From the NCBI GenBank assembly GCA_963664825.1, contig OY761614.1, positions 448,001-512,000 of the forward strand: a DNA stretch of 64,000 nt, given 5' to 3'. This document shows positions 1 through 10,248 of the stretch, in pieces (position 1 is the stretch's first letter; each line of letters begins with the position of its first letter). The DNA comes from an uncultured Holophaga sp. (GTDB taxonomy: Bacteria; Acidobacteriota; Holophagae; Holophagales; Holophagaceae). The translations under genes were made by a program, and so were the position numbers. Under the pieces are notes generated by a model. The model did no database searches, had not been told where the DNA came from, and saw nothing but the letters and a program-made list of their open reading frames with translations.

Positions 1-25
1 TGAACCTCGCGTGGCGCTGGAAGCC

Positions 26-757
26 ATGAGCCGACCGCTGCAGGTGCTGGTCGCCGAGGACGAACCCATGAACCTGCGAAGGCTCGTGCGGCTGCTCCAG
101 GAATGCGGCTGTGAAATCGCCGCGACCTTCGGGAACGGACTCGAGGTCGAGGAATGGCTGGCTGCCGGCAATGCGGTGGACGTCCTCTTCCTGGACATTC
201 AGATGCCCGGGCTGGACGGATTGAGTCTGAGGGCTTCGATCCGGCCCGACCTGCCCGTGGTCTTCGTCACCGCCCACCCGCACCATGCGGTGGAGTCCTA
301 CAATTTGGACGCCGTCGATTTCCTCCTCAAGCCCGTCACCACCGAGCGCCTGGCCAAGGCCGTGGCGAAGGTGCGCCGGGCCTTGGCGCAGGACCAGCCC
401 CCAGGCGGGGACGCACCCCCCATGGACCAGCGCTACCCCGTCATCGCGGGCTCCGGCGTGGTGCTCCTCGATCTGGCGAAGACGGCTTTCTTCGAGGTGG
501 AGGACCAGGTCGTCTGGGCCTTCGTGGGTGAGCGTTTCCGCACAAAATGGAGGACCCTGGGTGAAGTCGAGACCTTCTTCCCGGATGCGGACCTCTTCCG
601 AATCCATCGTCATCTGCTGATCCGGCCCGCCGCCGTCCTGGGGATCCGTTCCTCGGGAAACGGTAACCGGGTACTGATCCGGATGATGGGCGGCGTGGAA
701 CTGGAGGCCAGCCGGGGGGCTACGCCGGAACTGAAACGGCGCTTGCGGCTGGGGTGA
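26..757 (+). CDS. LytTR-family two-component response regulator
   Basis: Receiver motifs VAEDE, FLDIQMPGLDG, FVTAH, FLLKP; C-terminal LytTR motif FRIHRHLLI. Alternative GTG start at 11. Confidence 0.9.
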   Translation: MSRPLQVLVAEDEPMNLRRLVRLLQECGCEIAATFGNGLEVEEWLAAGNAVDVLFLDIQMPGLDGLSLRASIRPDLPVVFVTAHPHHAVESYNLDAVDFLLKPVTTERLAKAVAKVRRALAQDQPPGGDAPPMDQRYPVIAGSGVVLLDLAKTAFFEVEDQVVWAFVGERFRTKWRTLGEVETFFPDADLFRIHRHLLIRPAAVLGIRSSGNGNRVLIRMMGGVELEASRGATPELKRRLRLG

Positions 758-808
758 GACTGCGTCCAGCCTCGTTCAAACGCCCTTCTTCACTCAAGGC
801 CCGCCTGA

Positions 809-2395
809 TCAGCGTGCCGCGAGCATCCATGCGGTGGCCAAGGCGAGCCTGGCCATCTTCTGGACCTGGACGGCATCCAGGCTCTGGGCGGTATCGCTGG
901 GCTCGTGGTAGCCGGGGAAGTAGTTCCCGAAGAACCGGATGAAGGGGACGTGCGCCCGGGCGAAATCCCGGTAGTCGCTGCCGCCGCTGCATCCGTCCGT
1001 GCGGTCCAGATGGAGGGCCATGCCCGTGCCCCGGCCCGCCTGGGCCAGGATGGGGCCCAGTTCCGGCGCCCATTCGGCGAAACCCGGTTCGGCGAAATCG
1101 GCGGGGTGGACCTGCGCCAGGAAGGCCTCGCTCTTCCCGGGATCCAGCTCCAGCACCAGCTTGCGGAGTTCCTCGGCGGTCCAGGGATGGCCGATCATAT
1201 CCAGGTTGAGATAGGCCGAGGTCTGCGCCAGGGGCCAGCGCGGATGGCGGACGTAGTGGCCGGATCCGAATTTGCCCTCCTCTTCCCCGGTCCAGAAGGC
1301 GAAGATCACCGTCCGCCGAGGGCGGCTGGGAGAGGCTTTGAAGGCCCGGGCAATCTCCATCAGGGCCGCCACCCCCGAGGCATTATCATCGGCGCCAGGA
1401 TGGAGGAGGCCCCCCTGCATGCCCAGGTGATCCATGTGGGCGCCCAGGATCACGGCTTCACCCTTCAGCTTGGGGTCCGAGCCCTCGAGCACGGCGATCA
1501 CGTTGCGGCTGGAGGCGGGCCGGACCTGCCCCGTGACGTGAAGCGTGGCCAAGGCCCCGGGAAGGGCCCGGGGGCGCAGCGTCGCAGGTTGGCTGGGATC
1601 CACGCCCAAGGCCTTCAGCAGCTTTCCCGCCTCCTCCCGCCCCACCCGCACCAAGGGCGGTTCGTCCGTAGAGACGACGCCCGCCTCGGGCCTGAAGAAG
1701 GGTTCGGCAGGGTGTTGGAACGCGGCCAGTTCGGCACCGAGGCCCTCCTCCAGGGCGATCACGGCCTTGGCGCCCAGATGATCCAGCACTTCCACCCTGG
1801 CCTCGTATCGTTCCTGGGGCTTGGTGCTTCCGTACTTGGCCCTGAGTTCGGGCGTCTGCCACGCCTCCCCAGGGGGCAGGCCCCCCAGCAGGAGGACGAT
1901 CTTCCCCTTCACATCCAGACCCCGGAAATCGTCGTGGTCCCCTTCCCGGATGCCGTAGCCCGCAAATACGAGCCCCCCCTGGAGGACCTGGGGCTCCAGC
2001 TCCGGCAGGATGCAGCTGAGGCCATGCTTCCAGGCGAGGGCGCTCTGGCCCGGCAGTTCCAGCCTCAGTTCCCCTCCCAGTTCTCGGATCTCCCTCAGGG
2101 GCACGGCCTGGACGTAGGATTCACCTAATGGATGAAGGCCCAGTGCCGCCAGGTGATCCACCAGATGCTGGGCCGTGGCCTCCAGCCCCTGGGTGCCCAG
2201 GCCCCGGCCCTCCCGGGCGGGATCGGCCAGATAGGCGATGTGGCGGGCCAAGTCCCGAACCTGGATCCCCGCCAGGGCATCCGAAAGCGCAGGCGGGAGG
2301 GCCGAAGGCGCCGCACTGATGAAATCATTGGAGGCGGGCGGCGCGGCAAAGGCCACGCACAGGGAGAGGGGGGCAAGCAGGGCGAGGGTTCTCAT
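809..2395 (-). CDS. Secreted M28 family metallopeptidase with PA domain
   Basis: Signal peptide; GAHMDH, GADDNASG, GEEEG, NLDMIG and YHEPSD motifs; PA-type insert DVKGKIVL. Confidence 0.88.
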   Translation of the reverse strand: MRTLALLAPLSLCVAFAAPPASNDFISAAPSALPPALSDALAGIQVRDLARHIAYLADPAREGRGLGTQGLEATAQHLVDHLAALGLHPLGESYVQAVPLREIRELGGELRLELPGQSALAWKHGLSCILPELEPQVLQGGLVFAGYGIREGDHDDFRGLDVKGKIVLLLGGLPPGEAWQTPELRAKYGSTKPQERYEARVEVLDHLGAKAVIALEEGLGAELAAFQHPAEPFFRPEAGVVSTDEPPLVRVGREEAGKLLKALGVDPSQPATLRPRALPGALATLHVTGQVRPASSRNVIAVLEGSDPKLKGEAVILGAHMDHLGMQGGLLHPGADDNASGVAALMEIARAFKASPSRPRRTVIFAFWTGEEEGKFGSGHYVRHPRWPLAQTSAYLNLDMIGHPWTAEELRKLVLELDPGKSEAFLAQVHPADFAEPGFAEWAPELGPILAQAGRGTGMALHLDRTDGCSGGSDYRDFARAHVPFIRFFGNYFPGYHEPSDTAQSLDAVQVQKMARLALATAWMLAAR

Positions 2396-2410
2396 CGATT
2401 CACCAGGGGC

Positions 2411-3844
2411 TCAGATCGGTCCCCAGTGGGCGTAGACGGGCCAGATGAGCAGCAGGAAGGCCGTCACCACCAGGATGAGCATGAGGGGCAGGAACCACTT
2501 AGCCCAGCGTTCCCAGGGGATCTTGGCGGCGCCCAACACGCCCATGGCGACGGCGCTGGTGGGCAGGATGGGCACCACCAGTTCGCAGAGTTCGAAGCTG
2601 TAGACGCAGGTCTGGCGGGTGATGCCCACGAGATCCGAGAGGGGCGCCATGATGGGCATGGTGAGCGCGGCCTGGGCCGTGCCCGAATGGATGAAGAAGT
2701 TGATGATGCACTGGACCAGGAACATCACCTGGGCCGTGATGGCCTTGGGCAGGATCTGGATGAGGTGGGAGCCATAGAAGAGGATCGTGTCCATGATCTT
2801 GGCGTCATTGGCGATCACCAGCAGGGCCCGGGCGCAGGCCACGATCATGACCACGCCGACCATATCCTTGGCCCCTGAGACGAAGTGCTTGGCCAGGAGG
2901 CTGGGCCCCATGCGGCTGGTGAGGCCGATGACGATGCCCATGCCCAGGAAGAGCGCCGCGATCGCGTCGATATCCCACTTGTAGTGGATCACGCCGTAGA
3001 CCAGCAGCACCAGGGCGGCCACGAAGAGCAGCAGCACCAGGATATGGCGGAAGTCCCAGGATTCCTGAGCATCCGGGTGGTGTTCCACCGTCTCCCGCTG
3101 CAGATCGATATCCCGCACGATGCTGAGCTCCGGGTTCCGCTTCACCCGGCGCGCATAGATCATGACGTAGGTAATCACCACAGAAGTGACGAGCACCCAG
3201 GCGCCGATGCGATAACCCAGGCCCGAATAGAGGGGCACCCCCGCGATGCCCTGGGCGACGCCCACGGTGAAGGGATTGATGAAGGCGCAGGCAAATCCCG
3301 CCGCCGACCCCAGGAAGGGGATGCACATGCCCACCAGGCTGTCGTAGCCCAGGGCCCGGGCCATGGGGATGAAGATGACGATGAAGGGGATGGTCTCTTC
3401 GGCCATGCCGAAGATGGCCCCGGCCAGGGAGAACACCACCATGAGGAGGGGGATCACCAGCCATTCCAGGGCCGGCCGCGCGCTGATGACCCGGACCAGA
3501 CGCTTGATGCCGAATTCCACGGCGCCCGTCTCCTGGAGGATATTGAAGGCGCCGCCGATGATGAGCAGGAAGGCGATGAGCTTGGAGGCCCCGATGAAGC
3601 CCGTGATGGGGGCCAGCAGCAGATGCTGGAGGCCCAGATGGAACTTGGGGACCACCTGGTAGCTGTCTTTGACGGCCACCTTGAGGGTGCTGCCATCGGG
3701 CAACTGGGTGGCGATGCGCGTGTATTCGCCCGAAGGGATGATCCAGGAGAGGATCAGCACCAGGGCCACCAGGGCGCCCACGATGACCAGGGTGTGGGGC
3801 ATCTTGAGGGTCTTCGCCCACTCGCGGAAACGGGTCGTCATCAT
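2411..3844 (-). CDS. YfcC/DcuC-family membrane transporter (putative basic amino acid or dipeptide antiporter)
   Basis: Many hydrophobic segments; MPHTLVI, IPSGEY, GMAEETIPF and NPFTVGVAQGIAG motifs typical of YfcC; adjacent to iadA. Confidence 0.85.
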   Translation of the reverse strand: MMTTRFREWAKTLKMPHTLVIVGALVALVLILSWIIPSGEYTRIATQLPDGSTLKVAVKDSYQVVPKFHLGLQHLLLAPITGFIGASKLIAFLLIIGGAFNILQETGAVEFGIKRLVRVISARPALEWLVIPLLMVVFSLAGAIFGMAEETIPFIVIFIPMARALGYDSLVGMCIPFLGSAAGFACAFINPFTVGVAQGIAGVPLYSGLGYRIGAWVLVTSVVITYVMIYARRVKRNPELSIVRDIDLQRETVEHHPDAQESWDFRHILVLLLFVAALVLLVYGVIHYKWDIDAIAALFLGMGIVIGLTSRMGPSLLAKHFVSGAKDMVGVVMIVACARALLVIANDAKIMDTILFYGSHLIQILPKAITAQVMFLVQCIINFFIHSGTAQAALTMPIMAPLSDLVGITRQTCVYSFELCELVVPILPTSAVAMGVLGAAKIPWERWAKWFLPLMLILVVTAFLLLIWPVYAHWGPI

Positions 3845-3865
3845 TGAAATCCTCTTTCCTAAAGC

Positions 3866-5029
3866 CTATTCGAAGATGCCCTTGGCGAGCAGTTTGCGGG
3901 CCTTCATCAACGGGCGGCCCTTGGCGATGACGGTGTGGATCTCGAGATTCTTCGGGTCGAGGAGGACGACATCGGCATCCAGTTCGGGCGCCAGCCGCCC
4001 CTTGGCATGGAGCTTCAGGAGGCTGGCGGGATTGGAGGTGATCACCCGCAGGGCCGTCTCCAGGGGCACCTTCTCCTCCAATACCGCAGCGCGGATGGCG
4101 GCAAAGAGCGTCGTGACGCGCCCCACGGAAATGCCCCGCAGGCGGCCCTGGCCATCGAAGTCCGGCAGGCTGCCCTGGCCGTCGGAAGTGAAGGTGATGT
4201 GGCCGGGGTCCACCCCCGCCTCCAGCATCCGGCGCAGGGCCACGCCGCAGGGCACTTCGCCGTCATCCAGGTAGGCCTGCACGGTGGAGGTGGTGAAATC
4301 CACGAAGCCCCCGGCCTTGGCGTAGGCGATGCCTTCCTCGAAGAGATGAGGATTGCGATTGATGTGGGTGGGCAGGAACTGGGTGGCGGGAATTTCGGTC
4401 TCTTCCAGGATGCGCCGCAGATAGGCCAGGCCCCGGAGTCCATCCCCCAGATGGAGGTTCACGATCCCGGCCTTGCCGGAGAGCATGCCCCCCCGCCGCG
4501 CCGTGCCCGCCAGCTGGGCGATGGCCTCGAAGGTGGGCTGGTCCGAGCGGTGATCGGAGATGGCCACTTCCCCGGCCCCAATCACCTTTTCGATGAAGAG
4601 CAGATCCTCTTCCAGGGTCCCGAAGAGCGTCCGCAGAGGCAGGCCGTAGGATCCGGAGTACAGGAAGGTGCTGATGCCCTCCTCCTCCAGGCTCTTGGCC
4701 TTGGCCAGAAGCGCCGGCATGCTGCGGGTGTAGCCATCGGTGCCCAGGCAGCCCACCACCGTGGTGATGCCGCCCCTTATGGCATCGGTCAGGGGGAGAT
4801 CCGGCGTGCGCGTCTTGAAGCCGCCCTCGCCGCCGCCGCCCATGATGTGCACGTGGGCGTCGATGAAGCCCGGCACCGCCACCAGGTTGCGCGCGTCAAT
4901 GACCTCGCAGTACTTCCGAGGGATGCGGATACCTGCTTCCATCCGGAGGATCCGCCCCCCGCCGAGGAGGATATCGCAGCGCCCTTGCGGTTCAGGGGTG
5001 AGGATCTCGGCATTCTTGATCAAGAGCAT
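3866..5029 (-). CDS. iadA: Isoaspartyl dipeptidase (beta-aspartyl peptidase)
   Basis: PGFIDAHVHIMGGGGEGG, GITTVVGCLGTDG, AISDHRS, PTHINRN, SDGQGSLP motifs. Confidence 0.93.
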   Translation of the reverse strand: MLLIKNAEILTPEPQGRCDILLGGGRILRMEAGIRIPRKYCEVIDARNLVAVPGFIDAHVHIMGGGGEGGFKTRTPDLPLTDAIRGGITTVVGCLGTDGYTRSMPALLAKAKSLEEEGISTFLYSGSYGLPLRTLFGTLEEDLLFIEKVIGAGEVAISDHRSDQPTFEAIAQLAGTARRGGMLSGKAGIVNLHLGDGLRGLAYLRRILEETEIPATQFLPTHINRNPHLFEEGIAYAKAGGFVDFTTSTVQAYLDDGEVPCGVALRRMLEAGVDPGHITFTSDGQGSLPDFDGQGRLRGISVGRVTTLFAAIRAAVLEEKVPLETALRVITSNPASLLKLHAKGRLAPELDADVVLLDPKNLEIHTVIAKGRPLMKARKLLAKGIFE

Positions 5030-5057
5030 GGGGACTCCAATTCCGGAATGGGCAGCT

Positions 5058-6572
5058 TTAGGGCAGGCGCTGGACGGGCAGCGTCCCGTCCGGCAGCTTC
5101 AGGGCGCGGTATTCGGGATAGCTGTAGAGGCCATAGAGCAGACAGGGTTCGAGCACCTGGATGGCCCGGCGGGCCAGGGGCTGATCCAGGGCGACGATCA
5201 GGGTGCCGACGGGCAGCTCGCGCTCCGCGGCCGCGTCCCGGGCCACGATCTGGCGGTTCTCGTAGCGCTGGTAGAGCTCGTCGTAGGGCTCCTCCAGCCG
5301 CACCAGGCGACAGCGCTCGGTCTTCAGCGTCTCAGGAGCCTTGAGCTCCCGGTAGCGCAATCCGTGGTGCTCGAGCAGGGGCAGGAAGGCCTTGGCCACC
5401 CGGGCCTCGATCACGTAGGCCCTTGGCGTGGGCACGCTGTACTTCACCACCAGGTCCAGCATGAGATTGGCCGTGGGGATCTCCAGCACCTGGTTGGAGG
5501 CGGGATGGGACATCTTCACGACGCCCACCTTGCCGCCCACATTGGCCCAGAAGGTGTTGGTGGCGATGAAGGGCGGCAGGGGCTCCCGCCGGGCCGCTTC
5601 GGAGAGCTCCAGGATGCGGGCTCGGGATTCAGGGCTGCCCAGGAGATGATTGAAGAGCCCCAGGTAGGCGTCCACCCGCTCCCCCAGATCCTCCTGGGGA
5701 TTGGCGGCGCTGCGCCGCACACCGGCTTCGATGATGAAGGAGAGGGCGCCGTGGCTGCCCAGGCTATTGCGGGCATCGTCGACTTCGGGGGCGGAGGGGC
5801 GGAGTTCTTCTTCCGGCGCGGGACCCCCCACCAGGTAGCGCGCGTAGCGGTGTCCAGCCTTTTCCATCACGGGGCTGGCCGTTTCCACCAGATGAAGGGC
5901 GGTCTCCTTGAGGTTTGATGGGATCAGCGGGTGATTGCAGCCGTCCATGGTGATCAGGGGCCAGCGTTCCCAGGCCCGGCGCACATGATCGGCGCCCACC
6001 CGCACATAGTCCTCGGCATCCCGGGTGAATTCGTGACAGTCCGTGGCCAAGTGGGGCATCACCCTCCGCACGACCCGGTAGAAGGCTTGGGTCTCGGGCT
6101 GGGCCAGCAAGAGATGGTCCCGGTTCAGATCGGCCTTGGCATCGGTGACGCGCCGATTGGCCACGGCCCCATCGGGATTGACCATGGGCATGAGAAAGAG
6201 ATCCACATCCTCGGGCAGGCGCTCGGGATGCTCGGCGATGGCGCGTATCAGATAGAGCTGGGCGTCCTTGCCCGAGACCTCGTTGCCGTGCTGCTGGGCA
6301 TAGAAGAAGACCCTGAAGCGCGCCTTGGCCCCCCCGCGATTCAGGTGCACGAGGAAGAGGGGCCTCCCGCCGGCGCTGCGGCCCACCTCGCTGACCTCGA
6401 TGAGGCCGGGCTTGTGGAGGGTTTGCAGGAAGGCCTTCATATCCTCGAAGGAGAGGGTGGCCTTCAGATGTTTTGGATCGGCGGGGAAGCGGGATTCCGG
6501 GATCCCCGCCAGGAGGGCGCAGCCGCAGAACAGGGCGGCCAGGGCGCGCTGCCAGATCTGCCCGCCCCTCAC
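5058..6572 (-). CDS. Secreted M14 family zinc carboxypeptidase-like protein
   Basis: Signal peptide; QQHGNE (HxxE), PMVNPDG, DLNRDH, DCHE; GTG start overlaps the cyanophycinase stop. Confidence 0.82.
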   Translation of the reverse strand: MRGGQIWQRALAALFCGCALLAGIPESRFPADPKHLKATLSFEDMKAFLQTLHKPGLIEVSEVGRSAGGRPLFLVHLNRGGAKARFRVFFYAQQHGNEVSGKDAQLYLIRAIAEHPERLPEDVDLFLMPMVNPDGAVANRRVTDAKADLNRDHLLLAQPETQAFYRVVRRVMPHLATDCHEFTRDAEDYVRVGADHVRRAWERWPLITMDGCNHPLIPSNLKETALHLVETASPVMEKAGHRYARYLVGGPAPEEELRPSAPEVDDARNSLGSHGALSFIIEAGVRRSAANPQEDLGERVDAYLGLFNHLLGSPESRARILELSEAARREPLPPFIATNTFWANVGGKVGVVKMSHPASNQVLEIPTANLMLDLVVKYSVPTPRAYVIEARVAKAFLPLLEHHGLRYRELKAPETLKTERCRLVRLEEPYDELYQRYENRQIVARDAAAERELPVGTLIVALDQPLARRAIQVLEPCLLYGLYSYPEYRALKLPDGTLPVQRLP

Positions 6573-7399
6573 GGACGGAGCTTCCGGGCGGTCAAGTCGA
6601 GGCTCTGGCCCCGGCGCAGGAGATGGATCTTCATATTCCGGAAGCCGTCCACCTTGTCCAATTTCAGGGCGCTGGGGTCGAAGACCATCACGCCGTGTTC
6701 TCCCAGCACCTTCGCCTTGCCGCCCTTCACCACCAGGGCCGTGGCCTCATCGATGCCGAGGCCCAGGTGATCCGTGTGCTCCATCATCACGCTGAAGAGC
6801 CGGTTCTGGCGGTTGCGGCGCAGGAAGTGCTGGTCCACGATGCAGAAACTGGGCAGGAAACCCATGCCTTCGCGGGTGCCGTAGGCGCCCTTGCCGAGTT
6901 CTTCCAGGGCCTCCTTGCCGTGGCGATCATCGCCGGTGAGCATGATCTTGGACATGATGGCCGCCCCGGCGCTGGTGCCGCCGATGCCGGCACCCTCGGC
7001 GTAGCGAGTCAGGATCAGCTTCTGCAGGGGCGTGCCCACGATCTTATCCCCCACGCGGTTCTGGTCCCCTCCCGAGAACCAGAACCCTGTGCACGTTTTG
7101 GCCGCGTCCAGGATGGCCTGGGAGGAGGCATCCTCCCGCTTGCGCACATCCAGCGGCACCATGGTGAGACCGGCCTTATCCAGATCCTCCTTCCACTCCT
7201 TGAGGGCCCCATCGGGATCCTCGGTGGAAGTGGGCACGATGCCCACGCGCCCGCCCTTGCCGCCACTGGCCGCCAGGAAGGCGTCCAGGATCTCCTGGGG
7301 CATGCCCCCTCCCCCGACGATGACGAGCGTGCCCTTGGGGGCGGGAGCGGCCGTGAGGAGCGCGGCGGAACACAGAGCTATAGCGAGACGCTTGAGCAT
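6569..7399 (-). CDS. cphB: Cyanophycinase (peptidase S51) with signal peptide
   Basis: LVIVGGG, FSGGDQ, GTSAGA (Ser), DQHF (His), GIDEATA (Glu); N-terminal MLKRLAIALCSAALLTA. Confidence 0.88.
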   Translation of the reverse strand: MLKRLAIALCSAALLTAAPAPKGTLVIVGGGGMPQEILDAFLAASGGKGGRVGIVPTSTEDPDGALKEWKEDLDKAGLTMVPLDVRKREDASSQAILDAAKTCTGFWFSGGDQNRVGDKIVGTPLQKLILTRYAEGAGIGGTSAGAAIMSKIMLTGDDRHGKEALEELGKGAYGTREGMGFLPSFCIVDQHFLRRNRQNRLFSVMMEHTDHLGLGIDEATALVVKGGKAKVLGEHGVMVFDPSALKLDKVDGFRNMKIHLLRRGQSLDLTARKLRP

Positions 7400-7432
7400 C
7401 GGAGGACCTTCAGGAATGAAACCGGATTGGGA

Positions 7433-10189
7433 TCAGAAGTTGATGCGGAAGCCCAGGCGCACGCGGCGACCACTCTCCACGCTGGAGGGGAGCATGTAAC
7501 TATCCACATCGGCGCGTTCCTTCCAGGCTAGCGCGGCGCCGATATTGAATACATTGAAGACCTCTACGAAGGCTTCCGCATTGATCTTCTGGGTGAGGGG
7601 CACGATCTGGGTCAGGCGCAGATCAAGGAGACTCTCGCTGGGATAAGTGCGGGAGCCTCGGGGCTCGACGTTGATGTAATAGCGGGTGCCATTGATCCGG
7701 CTGGTCCGAACGTAGGGGGTCCAGTGCTCGCCGCTCAGGTAGGTGAAGGTGCCCGAAACGCGCATCTTCCAGGGGAATTCATAGAGGCCGTGGATCTTGA
7801 CCTCGTCATCATCGAAGCCCGGCAGCAGTCCATTTGAATTGGTGAGGTTATTGGGATTCTCGAAGAGTGTATCGTAGCCGTTGCTCTTGAAGGTGTTGCC
7901 GTAGCGCCGCGCCCGCGTGTAGCTGGCGTTCAGGCTCCAGTTGTCCTGGAAGGACCTGGACACGGCCAGTGTGGCGGACCAGAAGGCGCGCTTGGCCTCG
8001 GGGATATTGGTCACGACCCACTGATGCGCGTCTGAAGCGACCGAGGAGTACCAGACCGGCACGCTCACGGTGCCCGCCTGACCGCTGCGGTAGTCGTCGA
8101 AGTCTTCCACGACCGAGGATCCGCTATCCGCGGCCACATCCTTGCGCAGCAGATTGTCCTTGTTCACGCGATAGAGATAGGTGGCGGAAGCCGTCCAGGG
8201 GCCCTTGAACTTGTGCTCCAGGGAAAGGGTCGTCTCGTCCATGTACGGCTGCTTGGCATCGGGATCCGTGACGGAATAGCTGGAAACGGTCGCCTGATGC
8301 ACCCAGGTCGCAGGGTCGCCGGGCATGGGCCAGGAGGCGTAGTTGCGGGGATCGATCTGGACGCTGGAATAGCCATTGGCCGGGTCGCCCCACTTGTACT
8401 GCACTTCCGCCGGAGCCATTTCCGGGTACTGACGATCGATGTAGGAAGCGCTGAAGGCGGAGTAGAAGCGACCCCAATGGAACTTCAGGAGATTCCTCTG
8501 ATCGGCCGTGAGGGCGTAGGTCACGCCGAAACGGGGCGCCACGGTCTTGGTGTTCCAGAGGGTGGAATGGCCGAAAGCATTGGCCTTCTGCTGTTCGAGG
8601 CGGATCCCCGGGCGCAGGGTGAGGCGGTCGTTGATGGTCCAGGTGTCCTGGACGAAGGCGCTCGTGCGGTTGGCGTGCTCCTTGATGTCGTAGCCGCCCC
8701 CCGTCCAGAAGTAATCGGTCATCACGATATCGTTGCCGTTGGCATCCGTATCCAGCGTTCCCATGAGACCGATGCCACCGGGATTGCGCTGCAGTTCCTT
8801 GTCCGTCACCCATTCCTGCTCGATGCCCATGCGAAAGGCGTGATTGTCCCCGGGCACGATGAGGCTGGTCTTGAAGAAATCGAAGGTGGCGGAAACGGAG
8901 GAACGGGCCCGGTAGTTGTAGTTCACGGGCAGGGCGTTGTGATAGTATTCCACGCCCTTGTAGTTGTCGGAGGCGTCCAGGCCGTATTGCTCGCCGTTGT
9001 AGCCCGGCTCGTCATAGTGGCCCGAGTATCCGAAGGCCTTGAGGGTCAGGACCTTATCGGAGCCGATGGATTGGGTCCAGGTGAGGCCGTAGGAGTGATT
9101 GGGCGCCGTCTCCTTGTTGGTGGCCTCCGGATCGATGTAGCTCTTGATGCCCCGCCGGTCATGGGAGGTGTAGTCGTACTCGAAGACGCCCTCCAGGGTC
9201 GCGCTGGGGATCACCTGCCAGGTGAGCTTGGTGAGGGCCAGGAGCTCACTCCGACGGGAGGAGATGGCCGCACCGATGGGCGTTTCCTCGCTTTCCTTGC
9301 GCTCCACGGAGGCGAAGTACCAGAGCTTGTCCTTGAGGATGGGACCGCCGATGTTCAGGGCCATGTCCCAGTTCTTGGCGGGGGCCAGCTGCCGATCCTC
9401 CGAGGTGAACCTGGAATCCTTGTTCGAGGAGAGGGCCTCCCACTTGTTGTCCGCGTAGTAGCCGCTGAAGCTGCCCGTGGTCTCGTTGCCACCCCGCTTG
9501 AGGATGCCGTTGACGAAGCCGCCATTGAAGTTGCCGAATTCCGCCGGGGCGCCGATGCCGCCCACCTGGATCTCGCTGAACCAGTCCGGATTGGGTTCGA
9601 TCCACCTCGAATTGCTCTGGGGATCGCTGATATTGATGCCATCCATCATGTAGGCGTTGTCCCGGGAATCGCCGCCCCAGGCCCTTGTGCTATTGACGCC
9701 CGGCGTGAGGTTCATGATGCCGCTGAGGGTGCGCTCCGTGGGCAGTGTAGCCAATTCGGTCGTGTTGTAGTTGGCGGTCACGCCCACGGGGGTGGCATCC
9801 ATGTTGGCCGCGGATTCCACCACCTCCACCACCGCGCTGGCGGCGGCGGCGAACTTCCAGTTCACCGTCGAGGTGCGGCCCAGTTCCAGGAGCTCCGAAC
9901 CGGAGAGGGAGGTCAGGCCAGGGGTCTCCACGACAATGCGGAAGCGCCCGGGAGGCAGCATGGGGAAGCGGTAGGTGCCATTTTCCGCCGTCCTCATCAC
10001 CTTTTCGCCTCCGATCATCGCAGACGACGAGATGCGCACGGTGGCGCCCGGAAGGGGCTTCCCCTTGGCGTCCCTCACCAGGCCCGTCAGGGCAGACGTG
10101 GTGCTGCTCTGCGCGAGCAGGGCGGCAGGCGTCGCCACAAGCGCGAGCATGAGCGCGCTGAATCCAGTGAAGCTTTTGCCTCGAGCCAT
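7433..10189 (-). CDS. TonB-dependent outer-membrane receptor with carboxypeptidase-regulatory-like N-terminal domain (Oar-type)
   Basis: Signal peptide; GLVRDAKGKPLPGATV; plug NAYMMDGINISDP and APAEFG; GGPILKDKLWYF; FVQDTWTINDRLTL; C-terminal Phe. Confidence 0.88.
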   Translation of the reverse strand: MARGKSFTGFSALMLALVATPAALLAQSSTTSALTGLVRDAKGKPLPGATVRISSSAMIGGEKVMRTAENGTYRFPMLPPGRFRIVVETPGLTSLSGSELLELGRTSTVNWKFAAAASAVVEVVESAANMDATPVGVTANYNTTELATLPTERTLSGIMNLTPGVNSTRAWGGDSRDNAYMMDGINISDPQSNSRWIEPNPDWFSEIQVGGIGAPAEFGNFNGGFVNGILKRGGNETTGSFSGYYADNKWEALSSNKDSRFTSEDRQLAPAKNWDMALNIGGPILKDKLWYFASVERKESEETPIGAAISSRRSELLALTKLTWQVIPSATLEGVFEYDYTSHDRRGIKSYIDPEATNKETAPNHSYGLTWTQSIGSDKVLTLKAFGYSGHYDEPGYNGEQYGLDASDNYKGVEYYHNALPVNYNYRARSSVSATFDFFKTSLIVPGDNHAFRMGIEQEWVTDKELQRNPGGIGLMGTLDTDANGNDIVMTDYFWTGGGYDIKEHANRTSAFVQDTWTINDRLTLRPGIRLEQQKANAFGHSTLWNTKTVAPRFGVTYALTADQRNLLKFHWGRFYSAFSASYIDRQYPEMAPAEVQYKWGDPANGYSSVQIDPRNYASWPMPGDPATWVHQATVSSYSVTDPDAKQPYMDETTLSLEHKFKGPWTASATYLYRVNKDNLLRKDVAADSGSSVVEDFDDYRSGQAGTVSVPVWYSSVASDAHQWVVTNIPEAKRAFWSATLAVSRSFQDNWSLNASYTRARRYGNTFKSNGYDTLFENPNNLTNSNGLLPGFDDDEVKIHGLYEFPWKMRVSGTFTYLSGEHWTPYVRTSRINGTRYYINVEPRGSRTYPSESLLDLRLTQIVPLTQKINAEAFVEVFNVFNIGAALAWKERADVDSYMLPSSVESGRRVRLGFRINF

Positions 10190-10219
10190 GAGCCCTCCCA
10201 GGGGGTCGGTTTGACCAAA

Positions 10220-10248
10220 AAACTATGCTCCAACCGTCACCTGGTCAA
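10220..10248 (-). promoter_or_regulatory. Putative sigma70 promoter of the TonB/cyanophycinase operon
   Basis: Minus strand reads TTGACC-17 nt-TAGTTT, with an A-tract immediately upstream, about 30 nt before the ATG at 10189. Confidence 0.6.
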
